Shown: positions 1 to 11,546 of the stretch, in pieces
Numbering within the stretch: the first letter of the stretch is position 1
How the letters are laid out: each line of letters starts with the position of its first letter
Assembly: GCA_964252035.1 (NCBI GenBank)
Contig: OZ176201.1
Reading direction: 5' to 3' (one strand)
Source of the DNA: Podarcis erhardii
Lineage: Eukaryota
DNA length: 64,000 bases
Notes under the pieces: generated by a model
Databases searched by the model: none
What the model was told of the DNA's origin: nothing
The model's input: only the letters and a program-made list of their open reading frames with translations
Program-made: the position numbers and the translations under genes

Positions 1-1251
1 CAAGCTGTGCACATTTAGAGATCTTAGTCAGTGGAACAGGATGTCTGATGCATACCACCGAATGACTTCCCAAAATGTTTAAGGGTACAATTTGGGCTTG
101 TTCTTAGGGTAGCTTGTTCATCCAACATCAGTTAATTTTTCTGTTTTTCAAAAAAGAAAAGAAAGAGAGTACTAAGAGAGGCTGTTTATTTGAAAAGTCT
201 GTGGGAATTCTCTTGATGGGGGGTGGGGGCAATAGAATAAAATAGCCGACTTCTCTGGTCTGAGGCTACCATATTGCCTGCTGCTTCCCAGCTGTGCAAA
301 ATAAGATTATTGCATAGAACGCAACACATGTTGACACAGGAGATAAGTGGGGGAAAGAGAACATTGCAACAAACGGTACAACAAGCATTGCGACAGACAT
401 TTGTAGGAATGTGTGCGGACTGCTCACACAGTGAAAGAGAATCCCCTCACCCCCATTGCTCAAAAGCAGAGAGAACATTTAATCACTGTCCATCTTAACT
501 AGGGCAGTTTTCTTCACAGTTTCAGAGAACTGCAGACAGTGGCAAAATGTTATCTGAGGTCCATAGCCATGGGCATAGAGCGAAGAAAGTGAATTTGACG
601 ACCTGGCTACATCTGGAGTTTATCAGCTCTTTTCCTGGTTAGTATTACAGTAAACAATTATCTGTAGATCAGGAGACAGCAAAGACTTTAAAGACCCAAA
701 TTACAGAGAAAGACAGAGAGAAGGAGAACAGAGGAGATAAAAAGGAGCCTATGCATCTTATCGTGCTAATGAAATCAACCTGACAGGCATGCCAGGCTGC
801 AAGGGTATTACAGTGTCTGACATTAAATGAGCAGTTACACCGCTGGCTCCTAAGTCAAACAGCAAATAGACACAAAAAAAGATGAAAAATGCCCGGCCGC
901 CTCACTGCCAGTGATTTATACGGGACAGCAGGACAGCTGGTCAATTTTAAAACCTCCTCAACAGAGTTGTCAGGATAATGGCATAGCTAAAAATTGTTGA
1001 TGAGCAGTGGAAGGCACACGCTGCAAGGCTCAGTGACTCAATGAGCCCTAAGTATCAGGAAATGGCAGCAAGGGACAAGAAGCTGCTCAGTGTATGCAGT
1101 TCTAATGGCATCCAATGCAATTGCCTTGCTGAAGCGAAGCAGCTTTGGGCTGCGGCAATTGTCTGGATGGGAGGCTGCCTGTGAACCCCACTGAAGGAAG
1201 GTAAATGTACGAAATAAAAAATAATTCATAAGTACATGTGGGCAAGAATGA

Positions 1252-1757
1252 TCATAGAATTGTAGAGTTGGGATCCCGAGGGTCCTATAGTCCAATTCCT
1301 TACAATGACAATACAACCTCTGCATAAAAACCTCCAATGAAGGAGAGACCACAACCTCCTGAGGGAGTCTGTTCCACTGTCAAACAACTCTTACCATCAT
1401 AAAGTTCTTCCTGATGTAACTTGAATGCATTGGTTCGAGTCCTACCCTCCAGAGGAGGAAGCAACAAGCTTGTTCCATCTTCCATGCGTCAGCCCTTGAG
1501 ATATTTGAATATGGCTATCACATCTTCTCTCAGTCTCCTCTTTTCCAGGCTAAACATACTCAGCTCCTTCAACAGTTCCTCATAAGGCTTGGTTTTCAGA
1601 CCCTTGGTTATCCTGGTTCCCCTCCTCTGCACACGTTCCGGCTTGTAAATATCCTTCTTAAATTGTGGTGCCCAGAATTGGACACAGTATTCCAGGTGTC
1701 ATCTGACCAAGGCAAAAGAAAGTGGTACTATTATTTTCCTGGTTCTGGACACTATGC
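1252..1757 (-). mobile_element. CR1 LINE 3' fragment
   Basis: Minus strand reads the CR1 ORF2 C-terminus ([14 protein letters not shown]...ERVQRRGTR...[19 protein letters not shown]) and ends in the CR1 ATTCTATG-type tail (CATAGAAT on +). Confidence 0.85.
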
Positions 1758-1886
1758 TACAATTTATTATTTCAAATGCTATAATAACACTTTCACCATC
1801 TAGTCATTTTCAAGTTGTGATACACAGAGAGAAGGGGAGAGTATACATGCTATATATTTAAAACACATTTAAAGCACACCCTTCCA

Positions 1887-1970
1887 AAAGAATTGTGGGA
1901 ACTGTAGTTTATACTTCATGGGGCTATAGTTCTGAGCACCCTTGGCAAACTACAGTTCCCAGTATTCTTT
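1887..1970. mobile_element. Short palindromic MITE-like repeat
   Basis: Inverted arms AAAGAATTGTGGGAACTGTAGTTT (1887-1910) and AAACTACAGTTCCCAGTATTCTTT (1947-1970). Confidence 0.65.
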
Positions 1971-2014
1971 AGGGCATGGCACAACAATAATAAAATTAAT
2001 ACATTTTCAACTCT

Positions 2015-2059
2015 GGAAGCATCCCAGAGCGGCTGGGGAAACCCAGCCAAATGGGCTGG

Positions 2060-2098
<39 letters not shown>
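2015..2098 (+). mobile_element. L2-type LINE 3' terminus with (ATT)n tail
   Basis: GGAAGCATCCCAGAGCGGCTGGGGAAACCCAGCCAAATGGGCTGGGT plus (ATT)n, homologous to the ends of the L2 copies at 4520-5006 and 23327-23710. Confidence 0.7.
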
Positions 2099-3413
2099 GC
2101 ATATGGGTGCGACCCTCTAAAACAAATAAATAAATAAATTTGAACTGTGAAAAGGTGCGAAAAGAGCAAAAGGCACAAAATCTGTGAAAACGGCATGAAA
2201 AGAAAAACAGTGGTGCACTTTGGAGTACTAGTCTAACCCCCTGATCATTGTTTCCACATCATCCTCCAGTGATGAGGAAGACTGAGAGCCACCATTCATG
2301 CCAGTGTTGCTGGTTTTTTAGAGTTTTCAAGGATTTCCAGAGGTCTGGAGGGTGTTTACAGGCTTTTTAGATGTTGTTCCCCACTATATGCAATTTCACG
2401 TATATGCACATTACCTGGGAATGTAACCCCTGTTGAAGTAGGGAGTCGTCTGTTTATTAACTGCAGGTACCTGGGGTGGAATCTGGGGCATTTCGCCTGC
2501 AAAGCATGTTCTCTGCTAATGAGCTTGTGGTGGTTGTTCCTGATGAACTCTGCCCTAGTCTTTCTTTCCAAAATGTAACATTTTGAAGTGTCTTTTGATA
2601 TCGTCGTATGCCGCCTTGAGACTCATTGTGGGAGGCAGTATGGAAATGAGTTTAATGAAACAAATTCCATGCCTTGCCCCCAAAAGGGAGATTAGAAAAT
2701 GCCCTATAAATTATATGCCCCAGTTTCTGCTCCATTCAAGTTACTAACAAAAATGTTAGCTTTGTTTTAGGTGTGAAAAGGAAATATCTACGGTTTTTCA
2801 AACAATAAATTATCCTTACCTGACAGGAGTTTAATGAGCAAAAGATCTGAGAGAAGGGAAAGGGAATTAATCCCTCCAATTTTCAGTCCTAAACTGCAAA
2901 TGTAAACACATTGTGCAATGCTGGTTTAATGTGCCTCACATCATTTGCTCTTCCCTCTCAGAATAAAATGTTGCCACTTGAAAAACTATTAGAGAGATCA
3001 AGATAAGATCCTGCTGTGGCATAAACAGGATCAGAGTGACAGATTACGCTTCGAGCCTGTGGAGCAACGGAAAAATACAGACAAATGTTTCTTAAAGTGC
3101 TCCAGGTGTAATGGATGACTCGGATTATTAGTCAATATGCTGGGCCAAACAGGCTTCAAGATCTTAAAAGAATCTAGACCTCAAGGGTTGCCTCTAAGAA
3201 TCTTGTTATCTTCAGGACGGTTGGAAGATCACTTTCCAATCTTGTAAGGCGCCGACTGCTTCGGTTCTCTTTCAACAAGTAGAGATTTTGGCACTTCCTA
3301 ATACTGAAATATAAATCCTAACTCTGAAAAGTGCCCAGTGCTCCAAAATTCCACCAAAAGAAATGCATAACTTGAGCACAAGAAGAATCAACAATACATG
3401 CCCACCCAATATA

Positions 3414-3581
3414 CCATATTTTTCTGTGTATAGGACTAGATTTCCCCCCTAAAAATAATGTCCAAATTTTGGGGATGTCTTATACACAGGGGCAATCTCC
3501 CCCCCATTTTCTTAAATCAGAGTCCCCCCAAATTTGGGGTGTCTTATACATGGGAGGCGTCTTATAGATGGGAAAATACGG
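3414..3581. mobile_element. Non-autonomous Tc1/mariner (Tc2-like) MITE
   Basis: Imperfect TIRs CCATATTTTTCTGTGTATAGGAC / GTCTTATAGATGGGAAAATACGG; TA on the left, CA (decayed TA) on the right; internal repeats of GTCTTATAC. Confidence 0.65.
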
Positions 3582-4519
3582 CACTTCTCTTCTTTTGCTT
3601 CTCATAGCATGCAAGAATCTAAATACTGTGGTTGATCACTCTATACACACTCAAATATGCTTATCATTCTTCACACTCCAGAAGCATTAATGCACACTTT
3701 CCAGGGCTCAGCCATGATGAAAGCCACCACAAATTAAGCTGTGTTCTGCTCCAACATGAATCTGAATATGAGAACGAAATGCATCACACAAATGTCGTGT
3801 TGGAATATCACATTGGATGTGTGTGAGTAAAAGGGGGAGGGGGAACTAGAGCCACTGAGGCTGGGAGGTGATTTTGGGGAGTAAAAGAGTCAGAGGGGAA
3901 AGGGTTAAGCATCCACTTTTCCCACCAATACCACCAATCTTCTATTTCTTTTCCTTCTCTTTTAAACCAAAGTTCACTACAAACATGGTGTATCTCTGTA
4001 TATCTACCACACGTCTTTAGCACCTAGTTTTTTCCTCCAGCTGAACAAGAACACAGAGCCAGAGCCATTGATTTCTTTTGGCCTTCCAGAGCCAGAATTA
4101 ACTAGTTGTTGTTTTTTCCCCTCTCTCTCTGTCTCCTGGAATTTTTTTCTACCTCTCTTCGGCCTACCTCAAAAATATGTTAAGTGTCAATTACAGGCTT
4201 ACAGCATTTATTAGTCAGGTATGTTGTTACAGTGTCCCCATGCCTGCAGAGAAACAGAAAGGAAGCGAGGGGGTGGGGAAGCTTAAGACCTTTTGAAATA
4301 TTGCTGATCTTTGATTCCATCATAAGTGAGCCTGGAAGGCAAAATTGCATCTGTGTTTTCTCTTTCATTGTCACCAGCGTGGATTGCTTTTTTGGCAGCA
4401 GCAAAGGGTGGGGAGTTCATCAGAGAAGGTCTTGGGAGTGGTAGGACATGGGTCTCCCAGTGGCAGCTGTTGGACTTTGTGGGTGATGCTGATGCTAGTG
4501 GAGGAGACAAACGACCAGA

Positions 4520-5006
4520 CAGCCAGACTGGTGACTGGGAGTGGCTGACAAGACCATATAACACCAGTCCTTAAATACCTACATTGGCTTCCAGTACGTT
4601 TCCGAGCACAATTCAATGTGTTGGTGCTGACCTTTAAAGCCCTAAATGGCCTCGGCCCAGTATACCTGAAGGAGCATTTCCACCCCCATCGTCCAACCCA
4701 GACATTGAGGTCCAGCTCCAAGGGCCTTTTGGCAGTTCCCTCACTGCGAGAAGTGAGGTTGCAGGGAACCAGGCAGAGGGCCTTCTTGGTAGTGGCACCT
4801 GCCCTGTGGAACGCCCTCCCATCAGATGTCAAGGAAATAAACAACTATCTGACTTTTAGAAGACATCTGAAGTCAACCCTGTTTGGGGAAGTTTTTAATG
4901 TTTGATGTATTATCGTGTTTTTAATATTCTGCTGGGAACTGCCCAATCAGCGGCTGGGAAAAGCTAATCAGATGGGCCGGTTATAAATAATAAGTTGTTG
5001 TTGTTG
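4520..5006 (+). mobile_element. L2-clade LINE 3' fragment (ORF2 C-terminus and tail)
   Basis: In frame from 4552: DHITPVLKYLHWLPVRFRAQFNVLVLTFKALNGLGPVYLKEH...LRS...RAFLVVAPALWNALP, the typical L2 ORF2 C-terminal motif, then a 3' UTR and a simple-repeat tail. Confidence 0.85.
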
Positions 5007-5345
5007 TATCTGACCCACACACCTCTGTAGGTCTTCCTGTCCCCCCAAAGGCAGGGCAATCGTTACTTCTTCAGACAATTCAAGTGGTCCCTAGAAACCT
5101 AATGCTAAACTAATGCACCAGAAAATTCCATGTGATGATGGTGTCACAATCCTACCCACGCAAGGCATGCTAATGGCACTGTGGAGGTGTAGGCATCAAC
5201 CAGGACAGGTCAGGGGAGCCTCAGGGCTGGGGAACAATGCAGCCCTTCAAGCTTCTCCAGCCCTTGCGGTTTTCCCCAGGACACATTCCCTTACCAGCCA
5301 CATAACCCCAGGCCATACCCCCTGCTTTGCCTCTTGGTTGGCTGA

Positions 5346-5914
5346 TGTTATGGACTGACTGGATGCAGAGAAGTGATGGGAGGCACCAGTCAGAGAACCC
5401 CCTAGGGAAGAAGGCTAAGGGCCAGGGGACTGGTGGTGGGACAACAATGATTGGTCAGAGGGAGAAGCAGCAGAACGGGAGAAGGAGGTCTCAGAAGCAG
5501 AAGAAGTGTCAGGGTTTAGTGAACAGGAAGAGGCTGTGGCAGAGCACAGTTCAGATTCTGAGGCAGAAGCAGAAGTCAGGGAGTCTCCCCCTTTAGGTGT
5601 GACTAGCTCTCCTCCCCTCTGGTCTCCTAGAACACACAGAGAAATGAAATGAGCAGAGCAGAGGATGGTTGTGACACAGCCTCAGACTGTATGGGGAAAA
5701 CTCTGGAGAGAAGGAGCATTGGGAAGCGGGCACTGGGAAGATGGAACCTTCAGTCCTCACAACTGCTTTGTTGGGGCAAGACCTCCTAGAAAGAGTTGCT
5801 GAGAGAGCACTGGGCAGGAGCTGTGGTTTGTTTCCTTGAATAAAAACTTAACTTCACCGGCCTTGGTCGATTTCCTGTTTTGTTACTGACCCACGCCTGA
5901 CTCCAGCCCTGACA
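5346..5914 (+). mobile_element. Solo-LTR-like element (569 bp)
   Basis: Begins TGTTA, ends TGACA, AATAAA near 5838; flanks GCTGA/CCTGG (3/5, possibly a decayed TSD); homologous partial copy at 37935-38150. Confidence 0.6.
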
Positions 5915-5986
5915 CCTGGGCGGAGATAGAGAGGAATGTGGCAGTATGTGTAAAAATTCACCTACAAAGTTAAAATTTTACATTAT

Positions 5987-6182
5987 GCCAGTGTAGCACA
6001 ATGTTTAGAGTGTTGAACCTAGGAGAACAAGGTTCAGATCCCTACTCCGCCATGCAGCTCACTGGGTGACCTTGGGCCACTTATCGTCTCTTAGCCTAAC
6101 CTGCCTCACAGGGTTATTGTGAGGAGAAGAACCATGTACACCACCTTGAGCTCCTTGGGCTATAAACGGAATGAATGAATGA
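5987..6182 (+). mobile_element. tRNA/CORE-derived SINE (old Squam3/MIR-like)
   Basis: A-box-like GCCAGTGTAGCACAATG, B-box-like GGTTCAGATCC, CORE-like CTGGGTGACCTTGGGC...CTCACAGGGTTATTGTGAGG, (GAAT)n tail. Confidence 0.7.
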
Positions 6183-6630
6183 TGTTGTCCTGCCTACTTT
6201 TGCACCTCCTATTTCCTCACTGAGCATGTGGCCCTGACAAGGTTGCTCAGAATGGAATGGCTGGGAAAGGTTCCCCACCCCTGGAATAGATGTTCAAAGC
6301 TTTTTAACACGAATTTCACAGACAATTGCCCAAGGTTCATTTGAGGAACAATGAAGAAACATTCGCCATAAACTGAAGCCTGAGATGAATGAGATTAGAA
6401 CTAGTAATCTCCTAAACGGTGGGTGGGGAACTTTTTTTGCTGTTGTTGAAGGCCGCATACTTGTGGTGGTCAAAGTCAGCGCCAATGATGGGTGGAGCCA
6501 GAGACGAAACTGTTATGGATTAACTAATCAAGAATGAAGGCCACCCAGCTTCAGTTTTCACCATGGTTACTTCAGAGTCAAGTTTTTAAAATGAAATTCT
6601 GGGCTGCAATGCACTCCTGAAGAGAGGAGC

Positions 6631-6632
<2 letters not shown>

Positions 6633-6669
<37 letters not shown>
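6633..6669. repeat. (TG)n microsatellite
   Basis: Perfect dinucleotide run. Confidence 0.95.
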
Positions 6670-6671
<2 letters not shown>

Positions 6672-8306
6672 TCTTCAGATTGGCACAAAACCAGCAAAGC
6701 TACACAAGCAAATCACACCAAGAAGTGTGTGCTAGAAATTTACTGTTTGCTTCTCTGCACCTTCTGGCTAGGCATTTTTTTAAAATAATAAAATAAAACA
6801 GGTGCAAGCACAGCTATCTGTGTACATACCCTGTTGGTACTTAATCGACATACGGTAATAGAACCAACAAATGAGAAGGTGGAACACAAAAATGAATGCC
6901 TACTGGCTTGAATAGGGATGGGGATGTATTAGTAGCAGATAATGCTCAAATGCAGACAAGTCCAGTGTCTCACTCACCAATTCTAAATTGGTGTTGCATC
7001 AAAGCAAGTGTTAGCCCACATATTCCAGTGCTTTTTCTCATCACTCATTACAAAAAGTTTGATCTTCTGGGGAAGTGGATTTGTTGCACAAGACCGCCCA
7101 ATCCACTATAATGGCTCAACCTGAATTTGCCTGGAATCAGTTGTGTTTGCCATGGGTATCTTAGAATTACAAAGAAGCCCCTTCTCTTCCTCTTCCTCCT
7201 CCTCCTCCTCCTCCTCTTTCTTCCCCCATTACCCCTAAGTGTTGCAAGGTGACTTACATGATAAATATTAATAGCATACAACAAAAAGTGATCATACTAT
7301 TCATCCCTCCAAATATACATTTCCTTCCGTGACATTATCACAAGTGAGCACCACAAACCAGCAAGCAACAAAAGACCATCCAGTGAGCAGGCGAGAGGCA
7401 GACACCAACATTCGCATGTTTGGGTGCACAACAGAGTATTGGCTTGGAACCAAAAATATGTCAGACTTGGAGCCAGGCACACCTCCCTGGGGTGAACATT
7501 TAAAAGACAGGGAGCCGCTTAGCTCTTTCCCTCCCCTCCTTCAGAAAGATTATCAAAACTGCGGTGTTTGGGCATGCTTTTGATGTTGTCTGGTTCTCCC
7601 ACAGTTTGTTAATGGTGTTGTTCTTATCCATGTTAAGAGTGTTCATTTGGATTTTGTTTCATTGAAGTGCTCTTACAATGTTTGTGGGCCACTTTGGGAG
7701 AAAGCGTGGGGGCTGAAAGCAGCATATAAATATGGATACAAATAAATTTATACCCCACAGACTGCAGATGTCAAGGGCTTTCCCTTTGAAAAATGAACGG
7801 GGATTGTCAAATAGGTGATGAGTACAACATTTTAAAAAACCATTGTAATCTGACTTGTTGCTTCTTTATAGGGCATGTGAATAAACAATAGCTGCTTAAA
7901 AAGATATCTAATAATGTGTATACTGCAGTTTGTGAAGCCACTCATCAAAAAAATCCAGAAAATCATGACTATACCCCCCCCCCAATGTTTCTGTCTCACT
8001 GTCTGCTTTTTTAATGGTTTAAAAATGAATCCACCTTTGATTTTTCTCCCCTACAGCCATTGTTAGTGCATTTTTCTCCAGATTTCCCAGGCGGAAATGT
8101 CATCTTGTGATACACCCCAGGGTTGCAGATGTCAGTTCTTGCTGCTTGATGTGGAGCATCCCTTGGAGAAATATCACTGCAGGAGGTGGGGGTGCCAAGA
8201 CTTGCATACTGGCATCCTTAGCAATCATTCTTAAACTGCCAGCAGTTTGAAGGTACACACATGTAACATTGAAAATCATCTGCAGTTGGGTTGTAATCCT
8301 CTAAAA

Positions 8307-8439
8307 CAGGGATGCGGAATACCTGTGTCCCATTAGATGTTGTTAGATCCCATCTCCCAGCAACTCCATAGCCAGTGATCAGGAATTATGGGAGTTATAG
8401 TCCAAAAATACTTGGAGAACCTCAGGTTAATTACCTGTG
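8307..8439. mobile_element. Palindromic hAT-like MITE (CTCCCATC...GGGAGTTGTAGTCC family)
   Basis: Starts CAGGGATG, internal inverted arms; both flanks contain TCTA, the hAT-type target preference; related copies at 16051, 17000, 19780, 27390 and 45941. Confidence 0.6.
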
Positions 8440-11391
8440 GTCTATTTAACAATGTCTTCCATTAAAAACATTTAAAGACCTACCGACCTAGTTATTGTTA
8501 TCTTGGGGTCTTTCAAATCCGTATGAGTCGGTGTGAGACGGTGACTTTCTTCTTTTTTGTCTCAAAATAAAAATGGCAGGTTAACATTTAACCATGCATG
8601 CTAATGTAACCTACCTTTCCCTCTGCTTGGATGGATTTCTCTATGATAAAGACTTATGAATTTGGCATGCTTTGGGTGGGTGAACAGTACATCACAAGAT
8701 GCTGTGAAATAAGTGGTGGTGCTCTGTCCTTGCCTATCTCTGCTCTACTATAGCGCTGTTTGTTTCCCAACTATCTGCACTACAGGCAGCTGAAATTTCA
8801 AGGCACTGGAGGAATGCGCTAGATGCAACATGAGGCAGGATGTTGTTACACAAGCTTCTCCCACTCCATACCAAACCACTTTTTTATTTTTACTGGCACT
8901 ACATTCCAGTTCAGGGGCTCCTAAGGCAGTTACCTCCATACTCAGGCATCCCTAATAACCCATCAATTGATAAAATCTCTTGACCCAACCCATATTTTAT
9001 GAGCTATTAGAGCTGTGTAGGTTAATTGCTCTTGTAAATGTGCTGTTGGCTCACAACATAGTATCCTGTTCAGCGAGGGAAACATTGAAGATTATTTAAA
9101 CCAGGTGTCCTCTGCCCTCCACCATTGTCACTCTGACTCAGGTGAGAGAGTCCTTTGAAATTGTGACTTGGGAGCTAATATATAGCATTACAATTCCCAT
9201 GGGGTCCCCCCCCCTTGAAAACTTTTCTTTTGCTTATCTTTCCAAATTCAGACTTTCCTCCTTAATATCCAATGTCATTGGGAAGAACTCCTCTTCAAGT
9301 CATAGAATCATAGTATTGTAGGGTTGGAAGGAAAGCTTGATGGCCTGTTGTACATCATCAAGTGTTGCAACAGTTCTGCCAGAAGTAGCATTCATTTCAG
9401 TAGGACCCACTGGAAACACTCGCAGGGAATGTGCTTGTGATCTACAATGCTGGAAGCATGAATCTAGTACAAGGCTGGGCAAGCTTTTTTTCAATCAAGG
9501 GCTACATGCCAACAGGGGTCACATGCCAACAGGGAGCAGAGCCAGTTTTTGGCAAGGCCATAGATAATGATTGGCCAATGTCTTCTGGATTAACTAATCC
9601 AAAACAAAGAGCATTCTACTTCACTTTGCACCATGGCTGCCTCAGATTAGGATACCCAGGCCTAGGCAGGTCTATTTAGAAGAAAGCACTAGAAGATTTG
9701 ATGCAGTTGCTCTCATGTAAGGAGGCATAGGATTATGTTGTTGTTATTCTGCTGATCCAGAAAGCCAGCCAAAGTTGTTGTTTTTTTCAGATTATACACA
9801 CATAAAAGAGCACATACACAGACACATGCACATCTTTGTCAAAAGCTGCTGGGAGAGAAATCATTTTCCCCAATGCACTAAAACAGGAAAAATGAAACAG
9901 GGAGGAAGGGTAGGTGGGACTCTGCTAAAAGGAGGGAATGTGACAGCTTCAGAAGGTGTTAGGGACTATATGTAGGTCCCAAGTTATTCACCTATGATCT
10001 ACAATTCCACAGCAAAAAATAAAATCTAGTGAGTGTGTTCCATTGTTGAGTTCCATCATTTGGGAATCCACATTACAGTATATCCTGTTTGTGTTCATAT
10101 GTGGGTTTGCAGAATCCAAATCATTTCATAAACCAAAATGACTAAAAATGGCTAAGATTCTTTAAACTCTCATTATTTCGTCCATCTAACCATTTCCAGA
10201 CAAGTTGCTGCCAATCCAATTTTTGATTACACAAAGGGATGGAATAGCACCAACCCACTGCCATGGCTTAAGAAAACCTCAGCTGGCTCGGAGTTCATCT
10301 TTCCTAATATGTCTGTGATTTGTGTTCCGACAGCAATTAGCATGCACATCTCTTTGCTTCCAGCCGATGAGTCAACTTCACAGATCAGGACGGAAAGGAA
10401 AAAACCCAAAGAGAATAAAATACTTCCATAAAAGTCAGCAACAATTATTTTGCAATGACTAAAAGTTACCACAGATGTGGTAATCCTAACACCTCCTTAG
10501 GCGCATTGTAAAAAGTGACCTTTATGTAGCGAGTGAACTGGGATGTTTTCAGACACAGAGAAGGAACGACGAACAAAGGAGTGTTCAGCCAGCAAAGGTT
10601 TTTCTCTTTCAAACTTCCAATGACATCATCTGTTTACGTTAGGCAAGGAAAGAGACTTTACATGCACTGAAGATATAGCCTTAATATTTCAGTATAATAA
10701 TAACAACTTTGTTTTCATAGCCCATGCATATATTAATCCTTCGCTCAATTTAAATCTGATTTTCTTCTCTATGTCAAACCCTTCTCAGTCGAGAGCCCAC
10801 AAGACAGTGCCGAAACTCTTAATGATAGGACAGTGATCTTTGAAGTCAGAGACAATGACTTCCAAGAACTTCTGAAAGGGACTCCAGTCGCTTTCTGAAT
10901 TTTCAGGGACCTTGAGGATTGCAGGTAGCTGGGAAAGATCAGCTGTGAATAGGAAAGGAGGGGGAAATAGATTCAGTTGACATTTAAAGGTGAACCTGCA
11001 TAATTCACACTTTCTGAAATAATACAAGAGCTAAAACACAACCTTCCTTCTAAATTCACACTTCTCCTAATTTTTCAGTGCAGCTTCCAGTAAGTGATGT
11101 AAACAAAAAAGCATGCACTAGGGTAAAGTGTGTATTAAAATGCACACATTGGTAAAAATAGCATACCAAGAGGCATTATATTAGGGGAAAGTGGTTTGTG
11201 AGAATGTCTGTTCAGCAAAATTGCACACAAAGAGGTACATTAGGAGAAATTCGCTCTAAAATGCTGATGGATTTTCATGGGGAGATTTTTTTTTTAATGT
11301 GAACTAATATGGAACTGTGGAGATCTGAACTTAAGATGAAGAAAATGGGAAACTAAAAGGAATCAAAATTCACAGATCTGACCATCCCTAG

Positions 11392-11546
11392 CTTACAGGA
11401 GAGCTCAGTTGTTGTAACATGAGACTCATACTCTCAGGGTCATGGGTTCAAGCCCAACATTGGACAAAAGATTCCTGCATTGCAGGGGGCTGGTCTAGAT
11501 GACCCTCGTGGTCCCTTCCAACTCTACAAATCTGTTATTCTATTAT
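11392..11546 (+). mobile_element. tRNA-derived SINE with CR1-type tail (Squam2-like)
   Basis: tRNA-Lys-like head AGCTCAGTTG...GAGACTCATACTCTCAGGGTCATGGGTTCAAGCCC, then ATTCCTGCATTGCAGGGGG...TAGATGACCCTCGTGGTCCCTTCCAACTCTAC. Confidence 0.7.

Noticed and set aside
1942-2196. ORFs with poly-Ile, poly-Asn or poly-Leu (also 23503-23924, 46286-46474, 51926-52255)
   Set aside because: Translations of (ATT)n and (AAAG)n microsatellites.
4618-4905. 95-aa ORF with protein-like composition
   Set aside because: C-terminus of a 5'-truncated L2 ORF2, not a host gene.
11392-11470. tRNA-Lys-like sequence, and similar heads at 5987, 27745, 42451 and 63386
   Set aside because: Each continues into a SINE body and tail and lacks an intact cloverleaf; SINE heads, not tRNA genes.
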